Origin: Synechococcus sp. | Lineage (GTDB): Bacteria > Cyanobacteriota > Cyanobacteriia > PCC-6307 > Cyanobiaceae | Direction of reading: 5' to 3' | DNA: 64,000 nt | Assembly: GCA_047285805.1 (NCBI GenBank) | Contig: JBJBCN010000003.1 | Span: 448,001-512,000 of the forward strand | Shown here: one piece after another, positions 34,707-43,714 of the stretch | How the letters are laid out: every line of letters starts with the position of its first letter | How positions within the stretch are numbered: the stretch's first letter is position 1 | The notes under the pieces: generated by a model | Database searches by the model: none | What the model saw: only the letters and a program-made list of their open reading frames with translations | Told to the model about the DNA's origin: nothing | Position numbers and translations under genes: made by a program

Positions 34707-36032
34707 ATGGATCAAGTCAAGGCAATAAAACTGCTTTCAGAAGGCGGAATTGAGAGGCTCTGCTTAGCTTTGATGGACTATGACTACGATCTTTATGCGC
34801 AGGCTAAAGAGAACGAAGGGCAGTTAAACTATCTTAGATATCAAGGCAAGATAGAGTGGGCCGTTCAAAACTATCTATACACTAATCTTTATGGCTCAGC
34901 GGAATCTGTAGCCACTTCGTTAGCGAAAAAAAATAGCCTGAACAAACAAACCTCCGTTGAATCTAAGTTTCTTGAAAAAACAATTCTTCTTCTTCATAAT
35001 CCAAGTTTGGCTGCACATATCTCTGTTCTCACATCTATGCAGGAGGCTTTCTTAGACTCATTCAGATCGGACGGTCTATACATAGCCGTTCTGTTTAAAG
35101 ATGTTGAATATGCTTGGTGGAAGGACGAGATTCAATCTAGAGGATTTACTTGCATTCCTCAACGTGACTGCTCTCCATTCCAAACACTGATGGAACTACG
35201 TGACGTATACCGACCTAAGCAATATATATGGTGGGGTCCTCCCGTCTACCAGTGGCTTAGTCCTCTAATTGATCCAGGTGCTATTCATCGAAGCGTCAGC
35301 TTTAAATACGATGTTCCTCAGTCGCCGCGCTTCAATTCACATCATATTGGCTATGGAAAAAACTATGCAAGCAAAATCAGTTCGGTGGTTCCAGTTTATG
35401 GCTTTCACCAACCAATCACTCTTTCATCGATGCCAGGTGTATTACCTTCTCAGCTTCAAGAAGCTGCATCTAAGTCTCAAATGTCGTTGAGAACTAACGC
35501 TATGTCAACTCGATCAAGAATAAATATAGGCGTACTTGCACGAGCCGAAAAAGTCGCACAGCCAAGCTATCTAGATGCGATTTTACAAATACTTCATCAA
35601 GACAATAGGCTTGTTTTTCATTGGACAGGACAGCACGAACGTGGCGATATATCTGCCGCTTTTGAAAAGTATGGCCTGGCAACCAGACACCATTTTCATG
35701 GTTGGGTGAATCCCTACGACTTTCTTTGCGAACTCGATCTCTACCTGGATACTTTTCCCTTTGGCACTGGTCAAAGCCTTGTGATGGCCGGATATATGGG
35801 ACTCCCAATCATTTCCTTAGTCTCACCTTATGAAGCTAGCTTCACTAACCTCTTCAATAACTTTCTGTTGGAAACTCTTACAGTGCAGTCAGCAAAGGAC
35901 TATGTAGCTCGCGTTCTTGACATATGTGCCGAAAGGCATGAAGTCCCTATTGGTAGTGAATTGCACGATCAATTCAGGCTATGCTTCGATCGTCAATCCC
36001 TAATTGACCTGCCGGCTCAACTTGCTCTGTAA
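34707..36032 (+). CDS. Putative glycosyltransferase with GT41/HMW1C-like C-terminal domain
   Basis: ARAEKV..YLDAILQIL, HFHGWV and LDLYLDTFPFGTGQSLVMAGYMGLPIISL resemble the GT41 C-terminal motif. Confidence 0.6.
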   Translation: MDQVKAIKLLSEGGIERLCLALMDYDYDLYAQAKENEGQLNYLRYQGKIEWAVQNYLYTNLYGSAESVATSLAKKNSLNKQTSVESKFLEKTILLLHNPSLAAHISVLTSMQEAFLDSFRSDGLYIAVLFKDVEYAWWKDEIQSRGFTCIPQRDCSPFQTLMELRDVYRPKQYIWWGPPVYQWLSPLIDPGAIHRSVSFKYDVPQSPRFNSHHIGYGKNYASKISSVVPVYGFHQPITLSSMPGVLPSQLQEAASKSQMSLRTNAMSTRSRINIGVLARAEKVAQPSYLDAILQILHQDNRLVFHWTGQHERGDISAAFEKYGLATRHHFHGWVNPYDFLCELDLYLDTFPFGTGQSLVMAGYMGLPIISLVSPYEASFTNLFNNFLLETLTVQSAKDYVARVLDICAERHEVPIGSELHDQFRLCFDRQSLIDLPAQLAL

Positions 36033-36802
36033 TGGCCTTTAACGGACACTTCCTGGCGATCGTTAAAGCATATATCGACCTGATCAACAATAGAAATGAA
36101 CCAATGCATCCAACGCGTACTCTTTTTAGTGTAGGCTTTCCTGATATCGTTTCTAAGCAAGGCTCCCTCGATCCTCACATTGATCAGCACTTAAAACCCT
36201 TTGAGATACATAGCCCAGAAACGCTGAGCTGGCATAATCTTCCCAACGATAATACATATACTACTTATAGCATGTCAAAATTTTGTGCTAGTGAAGGATG
36301 GGACTGTAAATACCTAGACATTGCGCCGGGCACCGGTGGCAATTCTTCATCATTTCACCATGTAGATCTTAACAACGACCTGGATCAGTCATTGTACTCA
36401 TCTTGTGACATACTTATTGACAGCGGCACTGCCGAGCACTGCTTTAATATAGGCAAGGTATTCGAAAACTACTTTCATATATTGCGACCCGGAGGTTTTG
36501 TATTGCAATATATTCCCTTCTTGTCGCCAAACCATGGATTCTGGAGCGCCAATCCAACTGTTTTTTATGATTTGGCAAGCTGTAATCCAATCAAGGTATT
36601 CTTGTGTGAAATGCAGTCATTTGCCAGCTACCGAGACTATTTCGTCGGCGACTATCAAAGCATTCCCTTTTCCCCGGTTTCTCGGTTTAAATTGCCTGCC
36701 GAGCTAAGCCTTGATATGACAGTGCTCATGTTCGCTGTATACAAAAAGTACAAGAAAAGTACTTTCAAGTATCCCATTCAGGCCAAATATCGCCCACTGT
36801 AG
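36032..36802 (+). CDS. Class I SAM methyltransferase-like protein
   Basis: VDLNNDL and DILIDSGTAEHCFN..HILRPGG..NHGFWS. TAATG coupling to the upstream gene. Confidence 0.6.
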   Translation: MAFNGHFLAIVKAYIDLINNRNEPMHPTRTLFSVGFPDIVSKQGSLDPHIDQHLKPFEIHSPETLSWHNLPNDNTYTTYSMSKFCASEGWDCKYLDIAPGTGGNSSSFHHVDLNNDLDQSLYSSCDILIDSGTAEHCFNIGKVFENYFHILRPGGFVLQYIPFLSPNHGFWSANPTVFYDLASCNPIKVFLCEMQSFASYRDYFVGDYQSIPFSPVSRFKLPAELSLDMTVLMFAVYKKYKKSTFKYPIQAKYRPL

Positions 36803-37132
36803 AGTTCACTTATTGCGTCGACCATGTAGAATATGCTTCATCTCACCTTCTGAGGTTACATTACGTTAATAGTATATCTTTCTTGGGCCTTAGACAAGCC
36901 GCATCCCTATTCCTGACTTCCACTCGATATGGGAACTAGTTGTTTCCCTAATTAATGGAACCCTGACCCGTTGTTTGCTCCTTATTTGCGTGGGGTGGGG
37001 TGCTGGCGTTCTTGCTTTCCTGTTGGTCTCACGGTCTTCGCCGTATGAAAGCAATGCTCCCAGTAGTATGGTCGCTTATTAGCGACCATACTCGTTCCTG
37101 CTATGATTCGTCTACGTTATTGATGTGTCAGT

Positions 37133-37714
37133 GTGAGTGTCATTACAGATGCATACCTCAAAGAGCAGCAAGAACTACACAAGAATCCTAAGTATGGTAT
37201 TGCCTCCACAATATATGCTCCAGTTGTAACTGAGGTAATTAAACAGCTAAAAATATCTACACTAACCGATTATGGTGCCGGGAAGCAAAGACTTTATCAA
37301 GCCTTGGTTGATAACGGCATACACCTAGAAAAATATAATCCTTATGATCCAGCTTTTCCTGAGTATGGAAATCCAAAGCCTGCGCAGCTAGTTTGCTGCA
37401 TAGATGTGCTTGAGCATGTTGAATTAGATTGCCTGGATGACGTGCTATCTGAAATTCATAGAAATATGCAAGGCTATTGTTTTCTGACTGTTCACATTGG
37501 GCCAGCAGCGAAGCATCTCTCTGATGGTCGCAATGCTCATATCACTCAGGCTCCATCATCATGGTGGCTAAAAAAGTTGACAGACTACTTTGAAGTCCTA
37601 CAGCTTCAAACAACTACTGCGCTTGGTCGAGGTTTCTGGATCATAGGTAGCAAGAAAAAAGGTGAGTTGAAGATAAACTCACATGAACGGCTTAAGAATT
37701 CTCCTCCTTCGTAA
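37133..37714 (+). CDS. Class I SAM methyltransferase-like protein
   Basis: Motif I LTDYGAGK, YDPA, LVCCIDVLEHV and LSDGRNAH..SWW. Confidence 0.7.
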   Translation: MSVITDAYLKEQQELHKNPKYGIASTIYAPVVTEVIKQLKISTLTDYGAGKQRLYQALVDNGIHLEKYNPYDPAFPEYGNPKPAQLVCCIDVLEHVELDCLDDVLSEIHRNMQGYCFLTVHIGPAAKHLSDGRNAHITQAPSSWWLKKLTDYFEVLQLQTTTALGRGFWIIGSKKKGELKINSHERLKNSPPS

Positions 37715-38130
37715 ACCCGTTGCTCGTTATTAACTAAATTGACTTTCTGCTGTCAGTGAGTTGATTCTCTGTTTCCTGCCTAGTCTTTTTTGGTTATTGC
37801 TTTGAATACACTTCGTTCAGCTGTTCGTCGAGTGGGGAGCTGGCGAGCCTTATATGTTTCTGACTAATGTCCCAGATGCTTTCGACTGACTGGGCGGTTT
37901 CAAACCTTTTTGCGATCCTCGCGGAATGCTTTCTTCTGACATAGACAAACATGCTGAACTCATTCATCTACACATAGTACCTTCGTTTTCTATATGAAGC
38001 TTGCAAAAGGCCAGTCTTTGCTCCCCATTCAATGGAAATATCGAAAGAACCGACTATGAAAAGTACAGCTACTATATCTACGGGAGGCCAGATCAACTTA
38101 CCCGCTTGCTTCATGGAGGGTATACACTTC

Positions 38131-39282
38131 CTAGGCTGAAACATTAGCCATCGCAGCGAGGGCATCCTGAATCCATTTCTGCTCTCTTAATCTAAGCTGT
38201 TCAGACTTGCGGCTTAATAGCATCTCATCATCACGAAAGCGTTCTGTTAGCCTAGTTGCAATATAACGTGTAAGATCTAGCTGATAAATAGAATCAGCTT
38301 TCAGATGTTCAATTAGCATCTTTTCAACTCTTGCATAACCAATGGCCATATCACTTAAGCCATGAACTGCAGCACCTAATCCAAATAGCTTGAGATAAGG
38401 CTGGCAAAGCTCTCCCATTACAGCGGCATCATGATCAGTAAGTCTGTAGCCCTTCTTAGCCTTTGCTGAGGCAAAGCCCTGAATACCTACACTTCGTGTT
38501 GTCAAAGGAGTCGTAAAACTAGATCCACAGAATGTAGACTGATGCAATGATGAATGATAGCTAATACCAAGGTATGAACATATTCTGTTCAGTGAACTGA
38601 GTGTATCTGTCTTCAACTCTTCAAGCGTAATCGTCATAGCATTGTGGTGAGCCTTAAAGGCTATTGCGTCACTCATGGAAAACATCCAAAAGAACGAGAA
38701 AATCTTCGCCGGATCAGCCGAAAGGTCGGCAACCCATGTTGTAAGAGACTCAATATTATCCTTAAGCCCCCTTCCCTGCATAATCACTTTAAAACTAGAA
38801 TCTACCGAATACCCCACTGCCTCTTTAACGCTACCAATTGGGTCAATTACATCAGCATTGAGCAGTAGGTTGCCGTTACTTGTTTTTATATCTAGGCAAA
38901 GGTTGTGCACAAGTGCCAGGGATCTTAATATAGTCTCCTGAGAATCACCCGCTCCAAGGCTCTTATGTAAATATCCTTGCTCTTCTGCACATCTTGTTAA
39001 TCGTGACAACGTTAGATTATATGGAAGCCTCGAAGGGCCGGCTTTTATCGCGTCTAAGCCACCCATTCGAACATGCACCGGTGAAAATTGTTCTGAGTGA
39101 AATACTTTTAAAACTTCTTCAAATGTAATGCTGCTACGCTCTTCATATACTGTCTGGTTAAGCCACTGCCAAGTCCGAAATAGTCCCGAGCCGGGCACCG
39201 TAATGATGTCTGGATGGTCGCTCAAAAGGCTTTGATGAAAGTAACAACCGCATCGTCCTTGAGGCAAGATAATATAAATCAT
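38131..39282 (-). CDS. Sulfotransferase-fold protein (candidate phosphoramidate transferase)
   Basis: 5'-PSB-like loop GRCGCYFHQSLLSDHPDI, RGLKDNIES (RDPRD..S-like) and LEELKTD..LNRICSYLGISY. ATGA-coupled to the cytidylyltransferase. Confidence 0.62.
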   Translation of the reverse strand: MIYIILPQGRCGCYFHQSLLSDHPDIITVPGSGLFRTWQWLNQTVYEERSSITFEEVLKVFHSEQFSPVHVRMGGLDAIKAGPSRLPYNLTLSRLTRCAEEQGYLHKSLGAGDSQETILRSLALVHNLCLDIKTSNGNLLLNADVIDPIGSVKEAVGYSVDSSFKVIMQGRGLKDNIESLTTWVADLSADPAKIFSFFWMFSMSDAIAFKAHHNAMTITLEELKTDTLSSLNRICSYLGISYHSSLHQSTFCGSSFTTPLTTRSVGIQGFASAKAKKGYRLTDHDAAVMGELCQPYLKLFGLGAAVHGLSDMAIGYARVEKMLIEHLKADSIYQLDLTRYIATRLTERFRDDEMLLSRKSEQLRLREQKWIQDALAAMANVSA

Positions 39283-40043
39283 CTTTCTAGTGAAGAGGAA
39301 GTCTTAAAGGCACCGGCAATCATCTCCATTGAATTGTAAAGAAGCAAGTCTGCTTCTTCGTCTACTTCACCCCATCCGTCTGAGTAAGGAACTCCGTAAA
39401 TAGTGCCTGAATCAGACTTCGCTATGCAATTTAAGATGTCGGTCATAAACATCTTATCAACTTTCTTGTTGGACGTCCTTGAAAGCTCGTCCTTGATAAT
39501 GCCCCAACCTTCAGCCGTAAACTTCATCAATCCCATATACTGACCCATAATCCTGTCAAGAGAAACACCCTTTTCGCCCAGCTCGACTACGCGCCTATCT
39601 CTATCGATAATAAAAGACTCTGCATCACTGAGAGGATTCTTAAAGCGTCTCGACCATAGATCGAGCCAGTTCTCATCATACAAGATGGCTATATCATGAA
39701 GAGATCCGATGAGGCTCTCGATAGCAGATGCCTGATAAAATATATCAGAATAACTGACAACTGTAGCGCTCGTAGAAAGCCATTCTGAAGCCGCAAGCAA
39801 CGATCTAACCATATTACTATGCTCCCAACATCTATTTTCGAATGTCACTAATCCTTTATCGGTAAGCATGTCAGCTCTATAGCCAGTAACAATCGCTATC
39901 TCCCGAATGCCAGCCTGATTCAGCGAATTAATCTGTCTATCCAAAAGAGATACTCCTTTAACTTCTACCAAGCACTTTGGCCGATTAAGTGTATGCTTTC
40001 CCATCCTCGAGCCGCGTCCTGCTGCTAAAATCAATCCCTTCAT
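39279..40043 (-). CDS. LicC-family cytidylyltransferase (Cj1416-like CTP:phosphoglutamine cytidylyltransferase)
   Basis: ILAAGRGSRM..RPKCL, SNMVRSL, VSYSDIFY, PLSDAESF, GQYMGLMKF and WGEVD. Confidence 0.88.
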   Translation of the reverse strand: MKGLILAAGRGSRMGKHTLNRPKCLVEVKGVSLLDRQINSLNQAGIREIAIVTGYRADMLTDKGLVTFENRCWEHSNMVRSLLAASEWLSTSATVVSYSDIFYQASAIESLIGSLHDIAILYDENWLDLWSRRFKNPLSDAESFIIDRDRRVVELGEKGVSLDRIMGQYMGLMKFTAEGWGIIKDELSRTSNKKVDKMFMTDILNCIAKSDSGTIYGVPYSDGWGEVDEEADLLLYNSMEMIAGAFKTSSSLER

Positions 40044-40624
40044 AAAAATAGGCTCTGAATACGGTCAAGCACAAAAGAGTCTAGTTGAGGTTCTCTCTCT
40101 GGATGCCACATCCAACCTTCCCATGGCAAAGCCATATGCCTGATTGCTTCGATCTCCATATCTTCAGATCGCGCAATAACTTTAAAACCTATCGGGCACG
40201 ACTCAAGAGCATATTCGTGGAAACTATTGACGTTCCAACAGATATCCCCCGATAGTACATGCCTAACTTTGACGTGTGCGGCGACCCTATGCAGCGCAAC
40301 ACCTCCCCATTTACCCATGAGCTGCATTCCTCGACAAATGCCAAGAACGGGAAGCCTTTCTTCACTTGCTATATCTAGTATAGAGATCTCTGTATCGTCG
40401 CGCGATTGAGACTCTCCAAGATTATTTCCACCGGTCAACAAGAAACCACACGGCTTTACATGCCTAATCCACTCCTTGGTGTAAGGCCCCAACACATTGG
40501 GTATTGGCACTGGTAAAAAGCCGAGCCTTAAAACCATTTTACTAATCTTCTGGTCAATCGCGTCACGAGTCTCTTCTCGTGACGCGATTGTATCAACACG
40601 CTGAGTGACTCCTATAACTCTCAT
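40040..40624 (-). CDS. Class I glutamine amidotransferase/peptidase C26 (Cj1417-like gamma-glutamyl-CDP-amidate hydrolase)
   Basis: IGVTQR, LTGGN, catalytic GICRG, NSFH and MWHPERE triad. Confidence 0.88.
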   Translation of the reverse strand: MRVIGVTQRVDTIASREETRDAIDQKISKMVLRLGFLPVPIPNVLGPYTKEWIRHVKPCGFLLTGGNNLGESQSRDDTEISILDIASEERLPVLGICRGMQLMGKWGGVALHRVAAHVKVRHVLSGDICWNVNSFHEYALESCPIGFKVIARSEDMEIEAIRHMALPWEGWMWHPEREPQLDSFVLDRIQSLFL

Positions 40625-42936
40625 GGAAGAATCGTCACCTTCTTCTTGGCGCAATCGAGGTGAACTCGATCAGCCATCGAAATCTTTCTGTAGAGAACTT
40701 CTCCAGTACCTATAACAGCCGGAAGCCCCAGCTCACCCGCACGAATAGCCATATGTGAATTAACCCCGCCCCAAGCTGTTACTAATCCCCCAATCCCGTA
40801 AGCAAAAAGCCAGTCATAACCCGGGTCTGCATGTGAAATGCATACAATCTTTCCTTCTAAAGCATTTGAATTATCTGCAAAGCACACTGATGAGACTATT
40901 TCTTTTTGACTTATAAAGTTTGGAATCGTTTCAGGCCACTCAAACTGCCATACATCTGAATGATCGACTATTAGGGGTGGAAGAGTCGTTCTGAGCGCTG
41001 CCTCATACTGGACACGCCCTTGTTCAATCGAAGTATTCAAAAGCTTGACGGGATCTGTCGCTGAAACTGCTAGTTCCTGGAAGGCCCTTATCTCACAGAA
41101 TGCAAGATCTTCACGACTGAAACCGTAGCTTTCTCCTACCTGCGAGACTAACTCAAGCGCATCTGAAAGATTCTTTGAAAATTCAAACTTTGCCAGTTCC
41201 CGCATCTCAATACCTGTTTGCATAAAGTCAAATAGACTCACTGCATCGATATCTAATTCATGAGTTGATAAAAGATGATTTAACTCTTTCATCTGATCTA
41301 AACGCAGAGAAAACGATTCTTCCTGATGGTTCTTGCCTATGTCAGCGTCCCAGTTAAAATAACGGTCCGGAGCTTGGTCGTATCGTGGCGACGTTATGTC
41401 ATAAGTCCCAGGTCTTAAATGACCATAACGACGCAGAAAATTGGATCGATCCAGAGTTGTCCGATCGCGAGTCAACTTCTTGCTAACAGTTGACAGAGAC
41501 TCCATGAACCTATCAGCATCTGATCTGGACAATATTCCCGTTGTCACTAGGGATTGCAACATCTGAACAGCTATAAAGCCAGCCCGAGCTAGTCCTGCGA
41601 ATGGTAATGTCCCATAACGTTTGCCGTCTTCAAGTAGCCAATATATTTTTTCTATGGGATGAGCATCGCCGTGCAAAATTTGATCCCGTCTTTCCTTAAG
41701 TCTCCCAATCTTCTTAGAATCATTTAGCCATAGCCCCTTTTTGGGGTGAACAATGGCATTAGTCAGATCCTTGAGACTTTCAGAAATCCGCAGACAATCG
41801 TCTTTCGAAAAACCGCTTTCGCTGAGAACATCTAATCGAGAATCAAGGTCAAAAGTATAGCACGAAAAAACTATCTCAAACTCGATCTTGTCGTGCAGTG
41901 CCGGTTGCTCAAGAAGCTTCCCGAGGTAGTAGTCAGCCAACCTTGTTGCAATATGCTCTTCTAGCGACGCAGGTATGAACGAGTTAAAAGATAGTCTTAC
42001 ATCTATGTACGGAAGTCCATAGAAATTAGGCATCAGGGGGAAGCTACGAAGGTTCCTATACCCATAGTTATGACGTTGGTAAGCCCATATTGAATCCGTT
42101 ACCATATCTCTATATAGGGACAAAGCTAAAGGCTGAGGACGCAGGCCAACTATTTCAGCCGGATTCCAGTCAGGCATTACTCCATAAACAGTTCTACTTC
42201 CTAGCAAGAAGGAATGCTTTTTCATTCCATCTCTTACCTTATCTTCAATAGACTTTAATCGCTTCTCCTGGCTCTCTTCAGATTCGGGGGTTCTAGCTAA
42301 GACCAGTGGTCGAACCTGAAGTAGCCAAGTCTCAGATTCCTCACGCTCTTGTGTAACTGCAAACTCGCAATCAATAGGCGAATCGTTGAATAGGTGAAGT
42401 AGCTCTTTGAGTAGACTTATTATTGGTGCTAAGGCCGGTAATGGCGCCAATTGGCTCTTAGAAGCCTGTTGCCATATACGACCTCCTTGCCCGCTAGTGA
42501 CAAACTCAGTATCATCTGAATCTGACCAGTTAACTACTCTATATGCTGATCCGTTCGCTGGATCGTGAGAAAAAGCAACACCGGAGCGTATTACATTCTT
42601 TAGCATCGGCTGTATTAGTACCTGATCAGCGTCATTCTCTCGACCATATGAGCTGAAAACATTATCTACCGACTCTTCTAGGTCCTTTCTCTCCACATTG
42701 GGCACTGACAGAAACGCACCAGCGTTAGAGGCGATGCGTGTGTCTTCAAGTCTGCAGCTAGACCGGACAATAAAGCTATTTGATCCATTCAAGGCCTTCA
42801 CTGCCTCATTGATCACGCTTTTCTTATTCTCTTTCCAGCTCTTTAGCGTCAATATATATGATTCCGGGACTCTCGCCGACATTAGTCGTGATCTGACGAG
42901 CTCCAGGTTGTCAGCTTTCGTAGAAAAGCTCACCAT
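40621..42936 (-). CDS. PEP-synthase/PPDK-like L-glutamine kinase (Cj1418-like)
   Basis: FSTKADNL, IVRSS..ED..SNAGAFLSV, LQVRPL, GVMPDWNPAEIVG, YGHLRPGTYDITSPRYD, and phospho-His domain ADPGYDWLF..GGVNSHMAIRAGELG (His728). Confidence 0.9.
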   Translation of the reverse strand: MVSFSTKADNLELVRSRLMSARVPESYILTLKSWKENKKSVINEAVKALNGSNSFIVRSSCRLEDTRIASNAGAFLSVPNVERKDLEESVDNVFSSYGRENDADQVLIQPMLKNVIRSGVAFSHDPANGSAYRVVNWSDSDDTEFVTSGQGGRIWQQASKSQLAPLPALAPIISLLKELLHLFNDSPIDCEFAVTQEREESETWLLQVRPLVLARTPESEESQEKRLKSIEDKVRDGMKKHSFLLGSRTVYGVMPDWNPAEIVGLRPQPLALSLYRDMVTDSIWAYQRHNYGYRNLRSFPLMPNFYGLPYIDVRLSFNSFIPASLEEHIATRLADYYLGKLLEQPALHDKIEFEIVFSCYTFDLDSRLDVLSESGFSKDDCLRISESLKDLTNAIVHPKKGLWLNDSKKIGRLKERRDQILHGDAHPIEKIYWLLEDGKRYGTLPFAGLARAGFIAVQMLQSLVTTGILSRSDADRFMESLSTVSKKLTRDRTTLDRSNFLRRYGHLRPGTYDITSPRYDQAPDRYFNWDADIGKNHQEESFSLRLDQMKELNHLLSTHELDIDAVSLFDFMQTGIEMRELAKFEFSKNLSDALELVSQVGESYGFSREDLAFCEIRAFQELAVSATDPVKLLNTSIEQGRVQYEAALRTTLPPLIVDHSDVWQFEWPETIPNFISQKEIVSSVCFADNSNALEGKIVCISHADPGYDWLFAYGIGGLVTAWGGVNSHMAIRAGELGLPAVIGTGEVLYRKISMADRVHLDCAKKKVTILP

Positions 42937-42940
42937 GTTT

Positions 42941-43714
42941 CTACTTCTTAACTCTTGCTGACCAGGCTCGAGTTAGGTATGTAGCATTTATGCATTCTAA
43001 GCTACTAACCTTTTCCTCTACATACTGCATGAATTCCTCGAATGAGTTGGGCCCTAGCTGAACTCTTAGGTCATTAACAGATCTCCACGCTGTCAAATAT
43101 CTTTCAGTGCTCATCGCAATCTCATGAGTGGCTTCCATGTAGATAACATCCTCAAAGAGTCGAGACTCCCTAAGTCTTTGCGTCAATGACTCGGTCATGC
43201 CTGATCTGCCAGATGAAACGCGTCTCACAGAAGGCTTGATGACTTTGATCTGTGCTTCAATTTCGACTAAAAGTGGGTTGGCTTCAATGAGTCGTGGGTT
43301 CCAAACAGCTGTGAAAACACCTTCTGGTTTTAAAACCCTATAAAATTCTTGTGTTGCAGTTTCAAAATCTGCCCAGTGAAAGCTTGACGCCATACTCACC
43401 CAATCACTACTTGATGACGGCAGCCCTGTATGCTCGGCAGAGCCTTTAAGCCACTGAATCTGCTTACCTGCGCTATCTAAGATCCCTGCATCTCTCATAT
43501 CATCATTTGGCTCGACAGCCGTGGAGGAATAAACACCCTTAGAGGCAACCATCCGTGTCCATATTCCAGTCCCTGCACCAATATCAGTAAAAGCAATATC
43601 TGACACCTGCTTACCTGTATATCCAATTATGGAACTGATTACCGAATCGCTGTAGTTGGGGCGGCTAGATGAGTAACTGGAGGCAAGCCCAGTGAAATCA
43701 GCATGCTTTAGCAT
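42941..43714 (-). CDS. SAM-dependent methyltransferase (Cj1419/Cj1420-like)
   Basis: DFT..Y..RPNYS, DIGAGTG, AVEPNDDMR, MASSFHW, WNPR, RVSSG, AWRSVND and RAWSAR. Confidence 0.88.
   Translation of the reverse strand: MLKHADFTGLASSYSSSRPNYSDSVISSIIGYTGKQVSDIAFTDIGAGTGIWTRMVASKGVYSSTAVEPNDDMRDAGILDSAGKQIQWLKGSAEHTGLPSSSSDWVSMASSFHWADFETATQEFYRVLKPEGVFTAVWNPRLIEANPLLVEIEAQIKVIKPSVRRVSSGRSGMTESLTQRLRESRLFEDVIYMEATHEIAMSTERYLTAWRSVNDLRVQLGPNSFEEFMQYVEEKVSSLECINATYLTRAWSARVKK

Noticed and set aside
34926..34933. A8 tract in the GT41-like gene, and a search for Campylobacter-style poly-G tracts in the P-N operon
   Set aside because: A8 is unremarkable in AT-rich DNA, and I saw no long G/C tracts in the operon.
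37968..38165. 65-aa ORF downstream of the sulfotransferase-like gene
   Set aside because: No motifs, overlaps the upstream gene, and cannot be supported.
39279..42936. Phosphonate or phosphocholine pathway interpretation
   Set aside because: No PEP mutase or choline kinase is present; the combination of GATase, PPDK-like enzyme and CysC-like kinase fits phosphoramidate synthesis better.
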